Counted from the first letter of the stretch, positions 38,719 to 52,682 are shown. The stretch: DNA of 64,000 nt from Podarcis filfolensis (GCA_964270895.1 OZ185439.1); one strand, 5' to 3'. The notes: generated by a model from the sequence alone, not told the origin. Numbers and translations are program-made.

Positions 38719-41558
38719 CTCTAGAAGCAAGAGTTATCTGCAGGGGCATCCAGTAAGGTCTGGGGAACTCCTAACCCAGGCTAGGGGACAACAGGGAGTA
38801 GCAGCAGCTTATTTTTGCAAGGTCTGGTTGGTGGTGGACTCAGGTTGGATTTTTGTTGCCGCTTAGTCCAAACAAGTTTCCTTAGTTCCTGGGTTTGGGC
38901 AACCTTGGCATCTACCTCATAAAGTCTTTCCAAGGCTACAGAAAGTGTCCTGCTCTCTCTTTTGATTTAACCTGATGGTAAGCAGCTTTGCTGCCCCTCC
39001 CTGTCTTTCAGACAAAACTTAAGAAAGGAATGGTACAACTGTATCTCCTGCCAACTTCCATGGCTGCAACCCCCATCCTTCCCCCCTGCCAACATGTAGC
39101 CTCTTTCTGACTTGTCATAATATCACCTCTCACTTCACTCTACAGTTCTCTTCTTTGGGACAGACTACAGTAAGCTAATCAAGTTGCTACTTTCATTTTC
39201 CTTTTAAATGTTTCTTCCCTGGGAAAAAGAAAGCAACTCTGTTGGTTCCTTCCTTATGAGAGCACTCTGATAACTAGACCATGACTGTAAGTTGCACTCT
39301 TGTGTATTTCAGTAAATTTGCTAGTTTCTAGACAGCTCCGCTGAACAGCTGCTTTTTTTGTCTAGGAGTCAGAATAGGAATCTAGTTCACTTCAGCAAAA
39401 TCACCCTCAGTTATTCATGGTCCAGGAGGACTTATTCATGGAACAGTTTGCCCTAAGAAGTGGAGTGAAAATAAAATGAGCAGATTCAATCTTGGCAACT
39501 AAATCTGTAGAATGACCTTATTTAGGATACTACAGCTTTGACCAACTCCTCTATACTGTCTTCTCTGGGAAGTCATTGTTTCCCACTTATAGAAAGATGT
39601 GAATATATGCTTTCAATTCTCTTACTAGGTACGTCAGAACAAACCAGACAGGCTGTGTTGATGCTTCACAAGTTGACAAAAAGAAAGGGGAATTTAAACA
39701 CTGGGCATTTATTTGCTGATGAACAGTGACAGAAATGAGACAGTTTGATCCTTGCATACCATGCAATTTACTTTTGATTAACACTGAACAAACAGGGTCT
39801 TGTTCTATTTCTCAGTGAGTAGAGACAGGTCAAGACGCCTTCTCATAAAAGCTGTAATTAATCCCACAATAAAACACAGCATGGGTGATAAGAGTTCTTC
39901 CCTAGGAAAAGCGTTTTTTAAAGAGTGTTTGCTTGGAGTTGCATTTGTTAAAGGAAACTGAATTCACTTAGGAATCCTAGTCTCTCTCATAGGAGATGAA
40001 CAATTCACAACATATCCAGTGTGAAACCAAAAGGACAGGTATGAGCAACACCAAAAAAATGCACAGCAAATACAAGGTCAAGCATTACAATTTTACTTCC
40101 ATGGAAGCAGATTGTGGGCCTTTGGTAGCTGACACAAAAAGCTCCCCACGATAATCAGGTTTGCTCAACACATTCAGTGCTGGACTCTGAGAACTGCTGA
40201 ATGGTCAAGATCAAACTGATGTATTATGTAGGCTGCTATGGCTTCAACCCTATAATGAGACTATTTGAAGTTATTACTTAGACACCCTTCATTAAAACTA
40301 TTCTGGGTGGTGTGCAAATGTGTAAATAAAATTCACTCCACCACAGAAATAACAGTTTTAAAACAGATAACAAAAGAAAATCCAAAAAAACCCTAAGTGG
40401 AATAAAATATTATTCCCAAAAATACAATATATTCTTTAAATTTCCCTTACTTTGGTATAGTGAAGGGAACACCAAGTACCCCACAAGCAGAATAATAAGC
40501 TTGTGAATATGGCCAACTTCACAGGACCTACAAAGTGGCCTGAGACAGATATTCTGACTGTAGACAACTGGTTAAATCCAGATTAACTGTGGAATCAGTT
40601 TGGGTGCCCTGGGATATTTTACACTTGTTATTCTCAACTTCCCTCTTGCTAAATGCTGCACAGCAAAGGAAGGGAAGTTTCAAAAGCAGTTTATGACACA
40701 GCATGAGGGTGGGGGGGGTCAGCCAAGCAAAAGTCAAATCCCACCAGGCTATCGCAAATCCCATACATGAGCCTAAATATGGATCCTTGTCAAAGGGGTC
40801 AAACAGCAAGTTATGTGGGAGTTCTGCAGTTGGCTCTCCCAATGTTTTTCTTTTTTCCTTAAATAAAAAGTTAGGTGCATACATTAGCCCCACACCAATT
40901 CATCAGTGCAAGAGCACCCTCCCCCCATGGCTCCCAAATATTAGCTGCAAGGAAGACATACAGAGACAATAACAGGGCCTGGATATTTTCTGCTACAGGG
41001 ACCCCTGCCCCTATTGTAGATTTTTCAATTTGGGCTTACTGCCCAAGATTCTCAGTGCAGTTTCTATCCTGAATAGCCACCTCCTCCATTATTTTACTAA
41101 CATCATTTGTTCTGGTGCAAACATGTTATTGGTCTGATCCAGCTGGTCTCTTATGTCCTTAAAGCAGTTCATCTTCCATCTTCTGTCTTGCTGGCAATTT
41201 TCCCAGATACTGAATCACAAGGCACTTCTCTAACCGATTAAAGAATCTGGTGTTGGGAAAATTCTTCTACGGATTGGAACTTGTGTGGCTGAAAGTTCAT
41301 TTGGTTGGGCATTTCTTATTCCACTACCAGAATGACACACTGAACATTACAAAATGTGAAATTAAAAGCAAAGAAAGAGTATTGCTATTACGCTGATGAA
41401 AGGTTGTTGGAACGTGGGGGCAGTCCGAAAAGACAGATATGATATCAGCCTGTGAAGGTACAGAAGAATGAAATCAGTTCAGCTATAGCAGGAGCAAGAT
41501 GTAGATAGTTAACCAATAAGGGTGGCTTCCCAACTCCATCTTCAATCCATTATTCTTC

Positions 41559-41564
41559 TTTATT
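41559..41564 (-). terminator. Candidate polyadenylation signal of CSGALNACT2 (alternative at 42670-42675)
   Basis: TTTATT on + is AATAAA on -, about 1.56 kb past the stop; usage unverified. Confidence 0.25.
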
Positions 41565-43123
41565 TGAAATGGGCAGGAAAACAGCGCCTATATCAGGTGC
41601 CACTTTGATTTTTAAAAACAAACAAACCCTGTTGTGACTGTTCTTTGCAGCTTCCCTGATTTCTCATGCAATTGGATTTCTATGCATCCGATTCCTCACA
41701 GAAAATATGCTATCATCTTCAATCTACAGTCATAACTTGTATCTTTGGAAGTACACAACATTTTCTTTCTTTTTTGCTGGCCACACTACACTATATGCAT
41801 TCACAACGCACTTTAGGGCTGTCGCACATTGCTTCATGACCTCAAAACAAGAAACCAGTCCTATATTAAAACACAGTAGTATTCAATTTAATTATAAAGA
41901 GAAGACAACAGCAAGCCAACTTGCATTACATTCTCTCCACTTCAGACAAGTTACATTGTTCTTCACAATGTTATAAAGGCAAATTACATGTTTTTAAAAA
42001 AGATCAGTGTCCAGAACTATTTTCAAACAGTACATAGTCTTTCAGAGCTAAAAGCCGTATTATTTTCATTGCCCACAAATTCAATTGGCACAATGCTCCC
42101 AGTGTTCCTGTCGCAGACCCCATTCGAAACGGATAAGAGACTGCACAAAAGCACAGCTCTGCTTTTCTGCAACTCTTGTTCGTTTCAATGGGGCCTAAGC
42201 AGGAGACATTATTGTGCCCAGTGCCAAAAGTAAAATAAAACAGCCCCAAGTTCGCAAGCGATTGCCGTCTTTTCTCCTGTCCCCTCTCCCAAGTGACAGA
42301 GACTTCAACACTCACCTGAAGAAGGAAGGATATCAGAAGTGTAATAATGAGGCAGTGAAATGAACTGCTTATGTTCAAGACAGCATTTCTTTCTACATCC
42401 CAAAACATGCAAAAAAAAGTTATTTGGCCAGTAGCTAGGATAAGCAGACAGAATACAAGCTCAATTCATTTACAATCCAATAAAGAACAGCAATGCAATA
42501 TTATTGTAAACTGTTCAACGTCCTTTCTTTTAAATACCTTAAATACATATTTTTGCAAGTTGATTTATGTACCTGATGGTTAATAAGGCGAATTCAGTGA
42601 TTCTGGCTGCGCAACATACCATGGTGGGGTTTTTTGCATAAAATTCTCCACGGGCTCTTGCCTCAGGGCTTTATTCTTCCCACGGAATGCGTACGTACTT
42701 ATAGTGTCCCTTTCTTAAAAAACTACAGTGAAGCAAGCAGCACAGAATAATGATAGGCAGCGGAGAAGGCAGTTTTTCATTCAATTGTGACTCTTATTCC
42801 CACATAATGCAAATCTGAAAAATGAAAATGTTAAAAGAAAAATCTAGATGCAGAAAAGTTAATATACTCTGTTCTTGTTCCCTTGCCCACAACCCCCCAT
42901 GCAGTTAGACATGTTAAAAGTAAACTGAAATGCTTCCTTTCGCTCAAGTGCCTGATCTGGTGCAATGTGTAGGTAACAGCTGGCCAGAGAAATAGATCTT
43001 TGAAATCATCTTCAGCAAGAGAGAGGCACTGCGTTGTTTTTTTTAGCTGAGTTATAATTAAGGCTTCAGAACGATGCTGGTTCATAGCAGCTCGAGAGTC
43101 TTAGGATTGCACTGAGGATCATT

Positions 43124-43416
43124 TTAACCTATTGCTTCACTGTTAGTCCTGTACGCCTGCTTACGCAGGTGGGTCTCAATCTCCTCTCTGAACACCAGCA
43201 TCCCAAGGTGAGAGTGAGAGGCCTCATTCATGGCTTTAGACTGGATACACATGCGATATTGCTCCGGAGTCAGTTCATCGGCACAATGCTTCTCATGCCA
43301 GAGATGAAAGAGGCCAGGGACCGGGGTCCTGGCCACAATTAGATCGCCATGCAAGTACTTTCGATAAAGGTGGACATCTTCTCCACCCCAGCCTTTGACT
43401 TCCAAGTCAAACCCCC
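43124..43416 (-). CDS. CSGALNACT2: CSGALNACT2 last coding exon (stop TAA at 43126-43124)
   Basis: cag|GG GGG TTT GAC; 293 nt; (G)[20 protein letters not shown]...RTNSEAIG*, with the GWGGED motif of beta-1,4-Gal/GalNAc transferases. The 7 exons total 1626 nt = 541 aa + stop. Confidence 0.96.
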
Positions 43417-43821
43417 CTGCAATAAATCAAAGACAGAAATCAGAAATGCTGTAATCAAATTACAGAGGTGTAGAGAAGATACATTCATTTTCAAGATCCT
43501 ATATCTCCAAGCAAGATAAACCAGCAGGACTCACAAGGTTAAACGATAATTGAAAGTAGAGATCTCAAGTTGCTAGTTAGGTAATAAAGGGCAAGTCCTT
43601 GTCTGCAGAGCTTCAGATTCTAATCACCTAGGAGTCAACAAAATTTTGTTGACAGAGAAGGGGAACCTGTTTTACAAAGATGATCACATCTTATATTTTA
43701 GTTGGAATTATTCAACTGTTGTCCTCGGTTGTGAACAGCTTCCAGAACCTAGATCCATCAGAAATCATGAAAAATCTGCACAATGAGTACAGCCATCTTG
43801 CTGCTAATTCTTTAGCAGTTA

Positions 43822-44066
43822 CAGTGGTACCTCAGGTTACATACGCTTCAGGTTACATATGCTTCAGGTTACAGACTCTGCTAACCCAGAAATAGTGCTT
43901 CAGGTTAAGAACTTTGCTTCAGGATGAGAACAGAAATCGTGCTCCAGCGGCGCGGTGGCAGCAGCAGGAGGCCCCATTAGCTAAAGTGGTGCTTCAGGTT
44001 AAGAACAGTTTCAGGTTAAGAATGGACCTCTGGAACAAATTAAGTTCTTAACCTGAGGTACCACTG
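43822..44066. mobile_element. Tc1/mariner (Tigger/pogo-like) MITE
   Basis: perfect 18-bp TIR CAGTGGTACCTCAGGTTA; TA duplications at 43820-43821 and 44067-44068; internal gcttcaggtta repeats. Confidence 0.9.
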
Positions 44067-44408
44067 TATTTGCCATTTTTAAAACATGAAGATGGCAAAA
44101 AATGAAGTCCAAGAACTCTTGTAACTGAAAGATAGGTATAGGTGAAAGCCAAAAATAGGGAACCCACAACCCCCCAAAGTTTGTTCAACTCCAGTTCCCA
44201 CCAACCTCAGCCAATGGTAAGGGATTAAGGGAATGGAGTCCAACAATCTCTTGAGGTCCACATATTCCCCATCCCTGATATAAGCTAACAATTGCCTATA
44301 AGCTCTGCAAGAAAGCTATAGCTACACACATGCTAGGACTCAGGTCCTGATGTTATATAAAATCTTAATCCTGAAAGGGAGGAATTAGTTTCCAGATTCA
44401 TTAAGGGA

Positions 44409-44673
44409 CTCCTTGGCAGGTTTTGAATAGGCATTCACAAACTTTTTATTGATAATAATCAGCTAAATAGTTTGAGGATCTATACAACTTTGTAACATGC
44501 AGAAAACAGAAGTCTCAGAGAAACCAAAGACTGGAACTGAGGGAAGTCGGGGGGTGGGGGCGGGGGGGGGTTTGTGGGGGAGGGAGGGAGGAAAAATGGG
44601 GAGGAAACAAGGATGATATATTTTTGGATAATATGTCTTGTTTTAATTTTGAATAAAAAAACTTAAAAAAAAA
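44409..44673 (+). mobile_element. 5'-truncated polyadenylated retroinsertion, probably an L1-type 3' end, with a perfect 16-bp TSD
   Basis: CAGATTCATTAAGGGA at 44393-44408 and 44674-44689; internal G-rich tract, AATAAA at 44652-44657, A-tail. Confidence 0.8.
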
Positions 44674-45974
44674 CAGATTCATTAAGGGAAGCTACGAACA
44701 CACACACATTTGTGCATTTTTTACAAGAAAGCACTGCCATTTATACATACACTTTCCCATTCAACAATCTCCTCTACTCTCAACTGCAGTTAAAGCAAGC
44801 AATAAAGCAAAGAAATATTAGTCATTGCAATTTATCATATCATATGCAATTTATTTTATTAAAAGCATTAAAAGAATAAAATTCAGTATTAAACACAATA
44901 CTTCACAAAGAACACAAGTAGCATAAAATGCACCCTTTCTGGCAGAAAAAATACTAAAATAATTAGCACAGGTGTACAACAAAATGCAAGTAATAAACTG
45001 AGAAGTCCAGATTATAGAAAAACATGAACTGTTTAAAAGCAAAAAAATGTGTAATATGGACACAGCAAAAGAGCAATTCTTGTCAGCAATAATCAAATTT
45101 TGTAATAAAAAGTTTCCTTTAAAAATTAACAAGAGTTAGTTAAGGCCCCAAAGCCAAACAACAATCAGTGGGAACACACAAAATTACCAAGACTGATGAA
45201 TTCTATAGCAAAAGTGGTCATTCCTTTCTCTTTTTCTTTGGAATTGTTTCTGATCTCCCTACCCAAACTCTTGTTCCACTGAATTGGCTTTATTTGTCTC
45301 CTCCAGTTATCCCTTCCCTAGCAATTGCTCCTCTTCTTTAGATAACCTAATCCTATGGCACTATGGACACTCTCATCTTTCATTGACAGGGAACAAAGAA
45401 ATCTAGAAGCTGGAGCAGAGTCACACATACTTAGGCTTGGGCTGCCCACAGACAAACAGGAAGTAAACAGTAATTTGCCTTAATTAAAAATATGAAGAGA
45501 GGCAAGACCAAAAAAAATATTGATGCAGTGCTACTGCATTTTTTAAAAGCAGCATTAATATTGTACTAAAATAAGACATAAAGCTATTATACAATATCAA
45601 AACTCAGTTAAGCCACAAGGTGGTGCCAACATATATAGACAAAACTAAGCTGTGAGGCTTGTGCTAGCTTTTTAAATGCTCAAGTAAGAAACCGCATGGG
45701 TGAATAACTCACACATTTTTTCCCCTACAAAGTTCAAGAACCATGATTTAATTAAGTATGCCCTGAGTGTCTTTAGACTGAAAGGCCCAACAGAAATAAT
45801 GTAAAGTAATAGTTTCCTGGAAGAAATCATTTCTCTTCCTTAGTGAGAGCAAGAGTCACTTGAGCTGGGTATTGGTGCAGAATATCCAGCAAGAAGCAAC
45901 ATTCCCATGTCAATCAGTAAACAGAGGATATCTGACAAAATCCAAGACAAAAATCATAAAGCAAAGCATCTTAC

Positions 45975-46056
45975 CGACAGCCAGGAAATCTGTTCGATAC
46001 TGACAAGTCATTCCAAAACCAAAATCCCTCCAAAAACCAGAATCCTTTTTGTGCAC
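45975..46056 (-). CDS. CSGALNACT2: CSGALNACT2 coding exon 6
   Basis: tag|GTG CAC...GTC G|gtaaga; 82 nt; [27 protein letters not shown]. Confidence 0.95.
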
Positions 46057-47276
46057 CTACAATTATAAAAAGTATGCATATTTAGGCATTTCGAGAAGAA
46101 ACAGGATCTGAAATTAATTATCCCAGTAAACAATTCACTCACCACCCACTAGGGATGGGGGAGAATTTCAATTCGATTTGCATTTAAAGGTACCTAATTG
46201 GCAGTTTCCAAAACAATCTGAGAACCGAAGCACAGCTGTCCATTAAATTTTGCAGTTGTCTAGCAAAGTAGCATGTACAAAAATGCATACACTGGGGTAA
46301 AGTGTCCATAAAATGCATGTGTTAGTGAAATCATACAAAAATTTGCAGTGCCAATTTTGAAACAATGGCATCAAGGCAAAACTAGGCATAACAGGCAACA
46401 TGAGTTTATTTCCAAAAATGGCATGTAGACTACCCGCTTCTCTATAACAACATACAGTCGTAATGTGCCCTGAATGTGTTTTCGCTGGGATTTCCATGTT
46501 TGTTGTCCCATCAAGCTCAAGTTGAAGTGAGACTAAGGAAGCAATCCTAACTCGCCCCACCCACAGCCTGGCTTCATGAAGAAGCAGTGGCAGAATGACT
46601 GCAATGCCAGCTTGGAGCTGGTGCACTGGTTGGGCCCAGATCACACCTGATGCAGCAGCAGGGAAAACACAGGATTTAATGGATCCAGGGTTGGCTCAGC
46701 CCCACAAAGCTCAGTTTGAAGGCTGTATGCTTCGGGGATGCTGCTGGTGGCACTTCCATAGGCACATTTGGCAGGCAGAAGTCAGTGCAAAGTAATCAAA
46801 TCACCCTGTGTAAAGAAACACACACTGCAATTCCTCTTCTTCTATCTCCTTGGCCTTCTATGAACTTCCTGTGTGATCCCCAGCTTTAGCAGGCTTCCTT
46901 GGCCACACAGGCCTTCAGCTGTGGAGGCTCCTTACTTTATAGCTTTACATGCAGCATGAATAGGATCTTAGCCTACCTCGTACTCCAGCCAGTATGCTAC
47001 ACATTACTTAGTAACAGATTTCCAGTTTTGCCCTCATCTAATGTTTCTCAGTTTTCTTCTTTAATGAAGCAAACACCATGTATCATTAGGAACATGCCAT
47101 TTTATTCTTCTGCAAATGGTGTGGTAGAATCGTTCACCTTTGACCACTGACTCTCTGATACTTTTTTAAAAAAAACTGAACACAAAATTCTGCAAGTTTT
47201 GCAAGATGTTTGTGTGCATCATTCGTAGATGCTGAATTATTGTCATTTTTACTGAAGAGTATGGGGTAAACTGGAG

Positions 47277-47805
47277 TACAGGATCAGGTTTAAGGTGCTG
47301 GTTTTAACCTTTAAAGCCCTATATGGCCTAGGACCCTCGTACCTACGGGACCGCCTCTCCTGGTATGTCCCACGGAGGACCTTACGGTCTTCAAATAAAA
47401 ACATCTTGGAGATCCCGGGCCACAGGGAGGCCTCGACCAGAGCCAGGGCTTTTTTGGCCGTGGCCCCAATCTGGTGGAACGCTCTGTCACAAGAGACTAG
47501 GGCCCTGTGGGACTTGACATCTTTCCGCAAGGCCTGCAAGACAGAGCGGTTCTGCCAGGCCTTTGGCCAAGGCACAGTCTGACCCCCCCTCTCTTTCTGT
47601 AATCCCCATAGAACTCCAGCCCAATGGTTGCTATTAATTTGATTCTGAATTGATTTTAGAATGTATTTGAATTAATTGACTGTGTGATTTTTTGTACACT
47701 GTGCTATTTTTACTTGTTAGATGGTCTGAGCTCGGCTTTGGCCGGGGAGGGAGAGATACGAATAAAATTTTATGATGATGATGAAGAAGAAGAAGATGAA
47801 GAGGA
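47277..47805 (+). mobile_element. L2 LINE 3' fragment (ORF2 C-terminus and tail)
   Basis: ORF 47295-47582 (LVLTFKALYGLGPSYLRDRL...APIWWNAL...FRKACKT) matches the L2 ORF2 C-terminal pattern; simple-repeat tail (gat/gaa)n. Confidence 0.85.
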
Positions 47806-48407
47806 TAACTGGCATTAACACCAGTCTATATGTGGATAAAGCTATAATCTTCCTTCTACATTTTTTTATCTTTAGGTTAACCGGATGAATAGTTGGGAAT
47901 TTAGGAAGCTTTTGGGACTATGGAACATTTAAGGAGTATGCAATTTAAGGCTTACTGTTTGGTTAATTAATTAATTAATTAATTAATCTGTTTGGTTAAT
48001 TATTTTTATTTCCAAATTCTTCTAAGTTGATTGTTCTTGAGTAAATTACTGAAATCTTTATTCGCTCTATTTATTTCACATTTGAATTTCCCCTACCTAG
48101 CATTTAATGATTTACATGCTCCTTGGCATGTAAATGAATGTGCTCATTTACACATTTGTTTTATGTTTCAGTGAGTGTTGAATTTTTAAGTTTTCATCAT
48201 CCCATGCAGCGTTTTAAATATTTCAAATTTCTTTTTCTTTTGATCTGACTCTTGTCCTCTCTGCTTAATGGAGAAGGCTCAACAGAGCTAAATTTAAAGG
48301 ACCTACTTTCCACGATAAACAGTTCTTCCATCAAACACTGCATTGAAGCTGCTACGGTTAATATGGAGAACAAGGTTTTTAAGCTTCTTTAAACTCCAGT
48401 CACTTAC

Positions 48408-48502
48408 CAACTGCTGCTCCACAGGGGGTGGCACATCTTGATTAGCATAGACAATGGCAGGATTATAAAGGCTGAATACCACAGGATAGAAAACTTTCTT
48501 CC
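48408..48502 (-). CDS. CSGALNACT2: CSGALNACT2 coding exon 5
   Basis: tag|GG AAG AAA...TTG|gtaagt; 95 nt; (G)[31 protein letters not shown]. Confidence 0.95.
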
Positions 48503-49026
48503 CTACAGAGACAGAGAGATTTGTTACTCCTTATGGGACATCTTTGGGCAGAAAAAAGCAGCTGCACATTTCCTCTATTTTTTTATTAAACAGTAATCCA
48601 TCTAACAAGCAAAAGAAAAGAAAAAAAAGTCTAACTCTTAAGACTTTTGCTCAAAAAACCCATGTTACGCATCAATCACAGCACAAAGGGGGAATGGAAC
48701 CAAGCATGCACAGCCAAATATTATATTTGGGTCTGGAACGAGAGCATCAAATAACCTGAGGAGTTAAAAGCAACAGTGTTCAAATTATTCCTGACTGGAG
48801 GAGATCATTCTGATGAAGGTAACTATAAATAAAACTTTCAAAAAGGGTCAAGCACCAGTATGGGAAAGACAAATGACTCCTAACCTCAACATTCCTCTAA
48901 AATAAAAGGTATAGTCTTTGCCATTGCTGTAAATTTTGGCCCAATTCCAGATGTGGCTCTTGCCAAGGGTGTTGGATAGTGATTAGAGTGTCACATCTTG
49001 GGGAGACCAAGATTTAATTCTTTTAT

Positions 49027-49376
49027 TAAAGGTAAAGGGACCCCTGACCATTAGGTCCAGTCGTGGCTGACTCTGGGGTTGCGGCACTCATCTCGCTTTA
49101 TTGGCCGAGGGAGCCAGCGTACAGCTTCCGGGTCATGTGGCCAGCATGACTAAGCCACTTCTGGCGAACCAAAGCAGCACACAGAAACACCGTTTACCTG
49201 CCCACTGGAGCGGTACCTATTTATCTACTTGCACTTTGATGTGCTTTTGAACTGCTAAGTTGGCAGGAGCAGGGACCAGGCAATGGGAGCTCACCCCGTC
49301 ACGGGGATTCGAACTGCTGACCTTCTGATCGGCAAGTCCTAGGCTCTGTGGTTTAACCCACAGCACCACCAGCATC
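49027..49376 (-). mobile_element. Sauria SINE
   Basis: reverse complement of the 16122 copy (taaaggtaaagggacccctgacc...gtttaacccacagcaccacc). Confidence 0.9.
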
Positions 49377-49474
49377 GGATCTAATGAAGAGGTGCCAGTG
49401 CCAGTTTAAAAATGCACAGTGGGGTTGTCCCCTGCCTGTGGGGGTGCTGGGCAAGAGAAGATAGGTGACAGGAA

Positions 49475-49655
49475 CATAGAAAACTGCTTAATCCAAGTGA
49501 GAACATTGGTCCATCTAGCTCATAACTGTTTACGTGAGTGGCAGCAGCTTTCTGGTTTCGGACAGGAGACATTCCAGTGCTAATGGAAGATGTTGTGAGT
49601 TGAACTTGGGGGTCTTCTGCATGCAGCGCTGAATGCTCTACCAGGTGGCCTATGC
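49475..49655 (-). mobile_element. Old tRNA-derived SINE; a similar copy lies near 12625-12790
   Basis: cattggtccatctagctca...ttgaacttgggggtcttctgcatgca...gctctacca reads as a reverse tRNA box A/B head plus tail. Confidence 0.55.
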
Positions 49656-49976
49656 CACTCCATTATTTGAAGCTCAGTTCCCATCTTTGTTTTATACTCA
49701 AGTTTCCAGTCCCTAACAAATTATCTGCCCACACCTATCCCAGTGTTATGTGATGCATAGAGACAGCATTCCTATTTGTCCCCAGGATCTGGTATGTGGA
49801 GGAATCCTGCCTCTGAGCCATTTCATTCCATTTAACTATCATGGATGATAGCAGACACTTCTATGGGAAGAGCACTGAGAAGCAGTATTGAGTAGAGCTG
49901 GTGGGACTTGCAACCCTCCCACTTTCCAGAAGCCTTAGCTGCCTCTGCTGACTTTAGGAACCTAGTGTGAACATAC

Positions 49977-50155
49977 CTGGCTCAGCATTCAAGCGGCAGC
50001 TATTTAAGAACTCGGCTGTGAAATAAATATCAACATCGCAGAAGAACATCAAGACCTCGCCTTTTTCCCAGGCTCTGGCACCCACATCTAGTCCCCGACC
50101 ACGATTGAATTCCTCATTCAAAGAAACCAGGGTGTAATTATGAAAGTTAGCCTCT
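49977..50155 (-). CDS. CSGALNACT2: CSGALNACT2 coding exon 4 (contains the DVD metal-binding DxD motif)
   Basis: tag|A GAG GCT...CCA G|gtatgt; 179 nt; [59 protein letters not shown]. Confidence 0.96.
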
Positions 50156-51379
50156 CTAAGAAAGAAAAAAAAGAGGAGTGGGGACATAGGAAAAGAGTGA
50201 TATTAAAACTGATGTTCAGTTCATGACAAGTCAGCTTCAGCTTGGCAAACTATGCTTCATACACAGCCTGGGCTCAATCTCTTTTATGGAATAGGTTTTG
50301 AACTTATGGATGCTGCCAATTTGGATATGTTTCTGTTGGATTCTGTCAGAAGCAAGGACAACTAGGTGACAAATTAGAGTGTTATCTGTAGTGGCACTAG
50401 AACTCTTGATGCCTTCTTTGCAAGTCAATACAGTTTTATCTTTAGTTTCTATATTCTGCTCCAGGTAAAAAGAGTTTCTCCAAGATATGAAACAGAAATG
50501 GTAGCAAGATTTTACTTCTACCACTAAATTAAATAGTTTCAAGAAAAACTTGAAACACCTTGCCTGCAATAAGTATGCTGTAAATTACCACTCCCCCCCA
50601 ACCCCCCCCAGTTTACCAATGTAGATGTATTTCGAACACAGAACCATAAACACTTATCAGCATCCTCTATTTTGTCATTTAAAATCTCCTACTGACATAG
50701 GATATTTTTATGCTTTAGAAAAAATTGCCACATCAGCAAATCTTAGAGCTACCACAGATTTTTGTTCAAAAAAGCTATCTAATAGTTACATGAATTCAGC
50801 AAATATAGAGAACAAAGATGTCCCCAAGACAGTCATTGTGAACAGTTTCCCCCGGAAATGCCAACCTGGCCTCAACACTACCAGCAGTGACATCTTTTTA
50901 GAAACTGCTTAGAGACTGCTCTGGTATTAAGCAGTATACAGCTATATGAAATAAAGAAACAGCTGTTTTGGGAAGCTTTTGGTAATGGCTGATTCTACTA
51001 TTTCTGCTGCTGCTAAGTTTGGGGTCTTTTCCCCCTCTGGTTGTTGCTTTTTTAAACAAAGGCTGTTTATTCTTATGTGGGGTTTTTGCATTGATTTGTG
51101 TTTGTTGTGGTTTGTTACAATGTGTTTTCTCATAAAGGAACAGTAGAATATTGATTTTGCTAAAAAATAAATTCAGAAAAATAAAAACTTTGCTACTCAC
51201 TCACTAAAATGCAAAGTGATAATATTGCATGGGCTTCTCTGAAGGTTTTCTACTAACCCCAGCCAGTCATCAAAACCCATTGCCTTATCTGGGGGAATAC
51301 TAGCACCTCATTAAGACAAATTTAAACAGCTAATTGCTGCTTTTTTACATAATCAAAAGTTCAAACTTTTTCAACTCAC

Positions 51380-51481
51380 CTAGCAACTGATTCTAAGATG
51401 CTCTTGACGTCAGAAAGCCCCTCATGTCCAAAATATACAACTGTGAGGTGAATCCGCTTGTCCTGGTTAATGCACACTTCC
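51380..51481 (-). CDS. CSGALNACT2: CSGALNACT2 coding exon 3
   Basis: cag|G GAA GTG TGC...GCT AG|gtgagt; 102 nt; [33 protein letters not shown](R). Confidence 0.95.
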
Positions 51482-52014
51482 CTGGAGAAGCAAAACAAGT
51501 ATTTGGTGTTGCAATAGCTTAACAAGGGGTTTTGTAATTTAAAATAGCAAATATTGCATACTGGATTTGGTCTATTTACAAATACATTTACCTATTGCAT
51601 CCTAGAAACCAATCTGACCAAATTAATCACTAAGTCACTGCACTGTCGGGAATACCACAGGCTTACAGGTGTGATGTCCATTATAAATGAATGACAAACG
51701 GCTGCAGTTCATTCATCCTTTGTGCCTTCTTCCCATTACTGCTTCTTGAGATGTGGCTAGTGTTTAATCCATAGCACATCAGGTACCAAATGCTCCAGCA
51801 ATCTATGGTCACATTTTGCACACTAGCCTATATTTCAGAGGCAAAAAAGCATCTCAGATTTTAAATTGAGAAGATGCTTCTCCAAACTGGAACTACAAGC
51901 GTTCTACAATACCACTACGCGTTATAGTTGATTGGAAGATTCACTGTATTTGTCTTCTACTGTAGAAAATGACTACATAGGATTGGTATAGGGCCTAGTT
52001 TCTGAAGCACTTAC

Positions 52015-52231
52015 CTGAAGTTTTGCATGAACTGTGCAAAAACCTCTGTCCTTCCAGCAAGGGGAACAATAATGTTTATTATTGACCTGGAGATGTCAAC
52101 AGTTTCACTCTTCACTTTCATTAGGGGCCCAAATGGACGAAACAGTGTGATATGCCTGTATTCCATATCATCTGCCTTCTTGTAGAACAGTTCATATTGT
52201 GTCCCTTTGTCTCTCTCAGTGCGGTAATAAC
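52015..52231 (-). CDS. CSGALNACT2: CSGALNACT2 coding exon 2
   Basis: aag|GT TAT TAC CGC...TTC AG|gtaagt; 217 nt; (G)YYRTERDKGTQYELFYKKADDMEYRHITLFRPFGPLMKVKSETVDISRSIINIIVPLAGRTEVFAQFMQNF(R). Confidence 0.95.
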
Positions 52232-52679
52232 CTTAGGAACAATTTACAGGAGGAACTGATTCAGTCACAGACTTTAAACTCGGTGACAAATTCCACTGCT
52301 TCAGGAATTACTATACATTGTGAGGAGAGTGTCAATATTCAGGATGGTGCTCAGCCAGGTACATTATTATGTAGAAAAACAAACAAACTCAGCTGTCAAG
52401 ATTGAAAATGTGAAAGGAACTCCAGAGCACAATCTTCTCATATATAAAACCCAGATTCAACCCCTTGTAATTCCACTTAAAGTATTTCAAGTACCAAGAT
52501 GAGGAAAAGACCTTAGCCAAATGCTAGACAAGCTGCTGCGAGTCACAGCAGATGGAACAATGATCTGATTCTACAAGGCAGTTCCTTAACCATTTCTGCA
52601 ACAAAAGCACCAACCCAAGTGTGTCTCTTATTCTCAAAATGCTAGCCAAGTTGTAAATTGCACTCTTGCAGGGAGAGGG

Positions 52680-52682
<3 letters not shown>

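Noticed and set aside
47295-47582. Independent protein-coding gene
   Set aside because: It is the C-terminal remnant of L2 ORF2.
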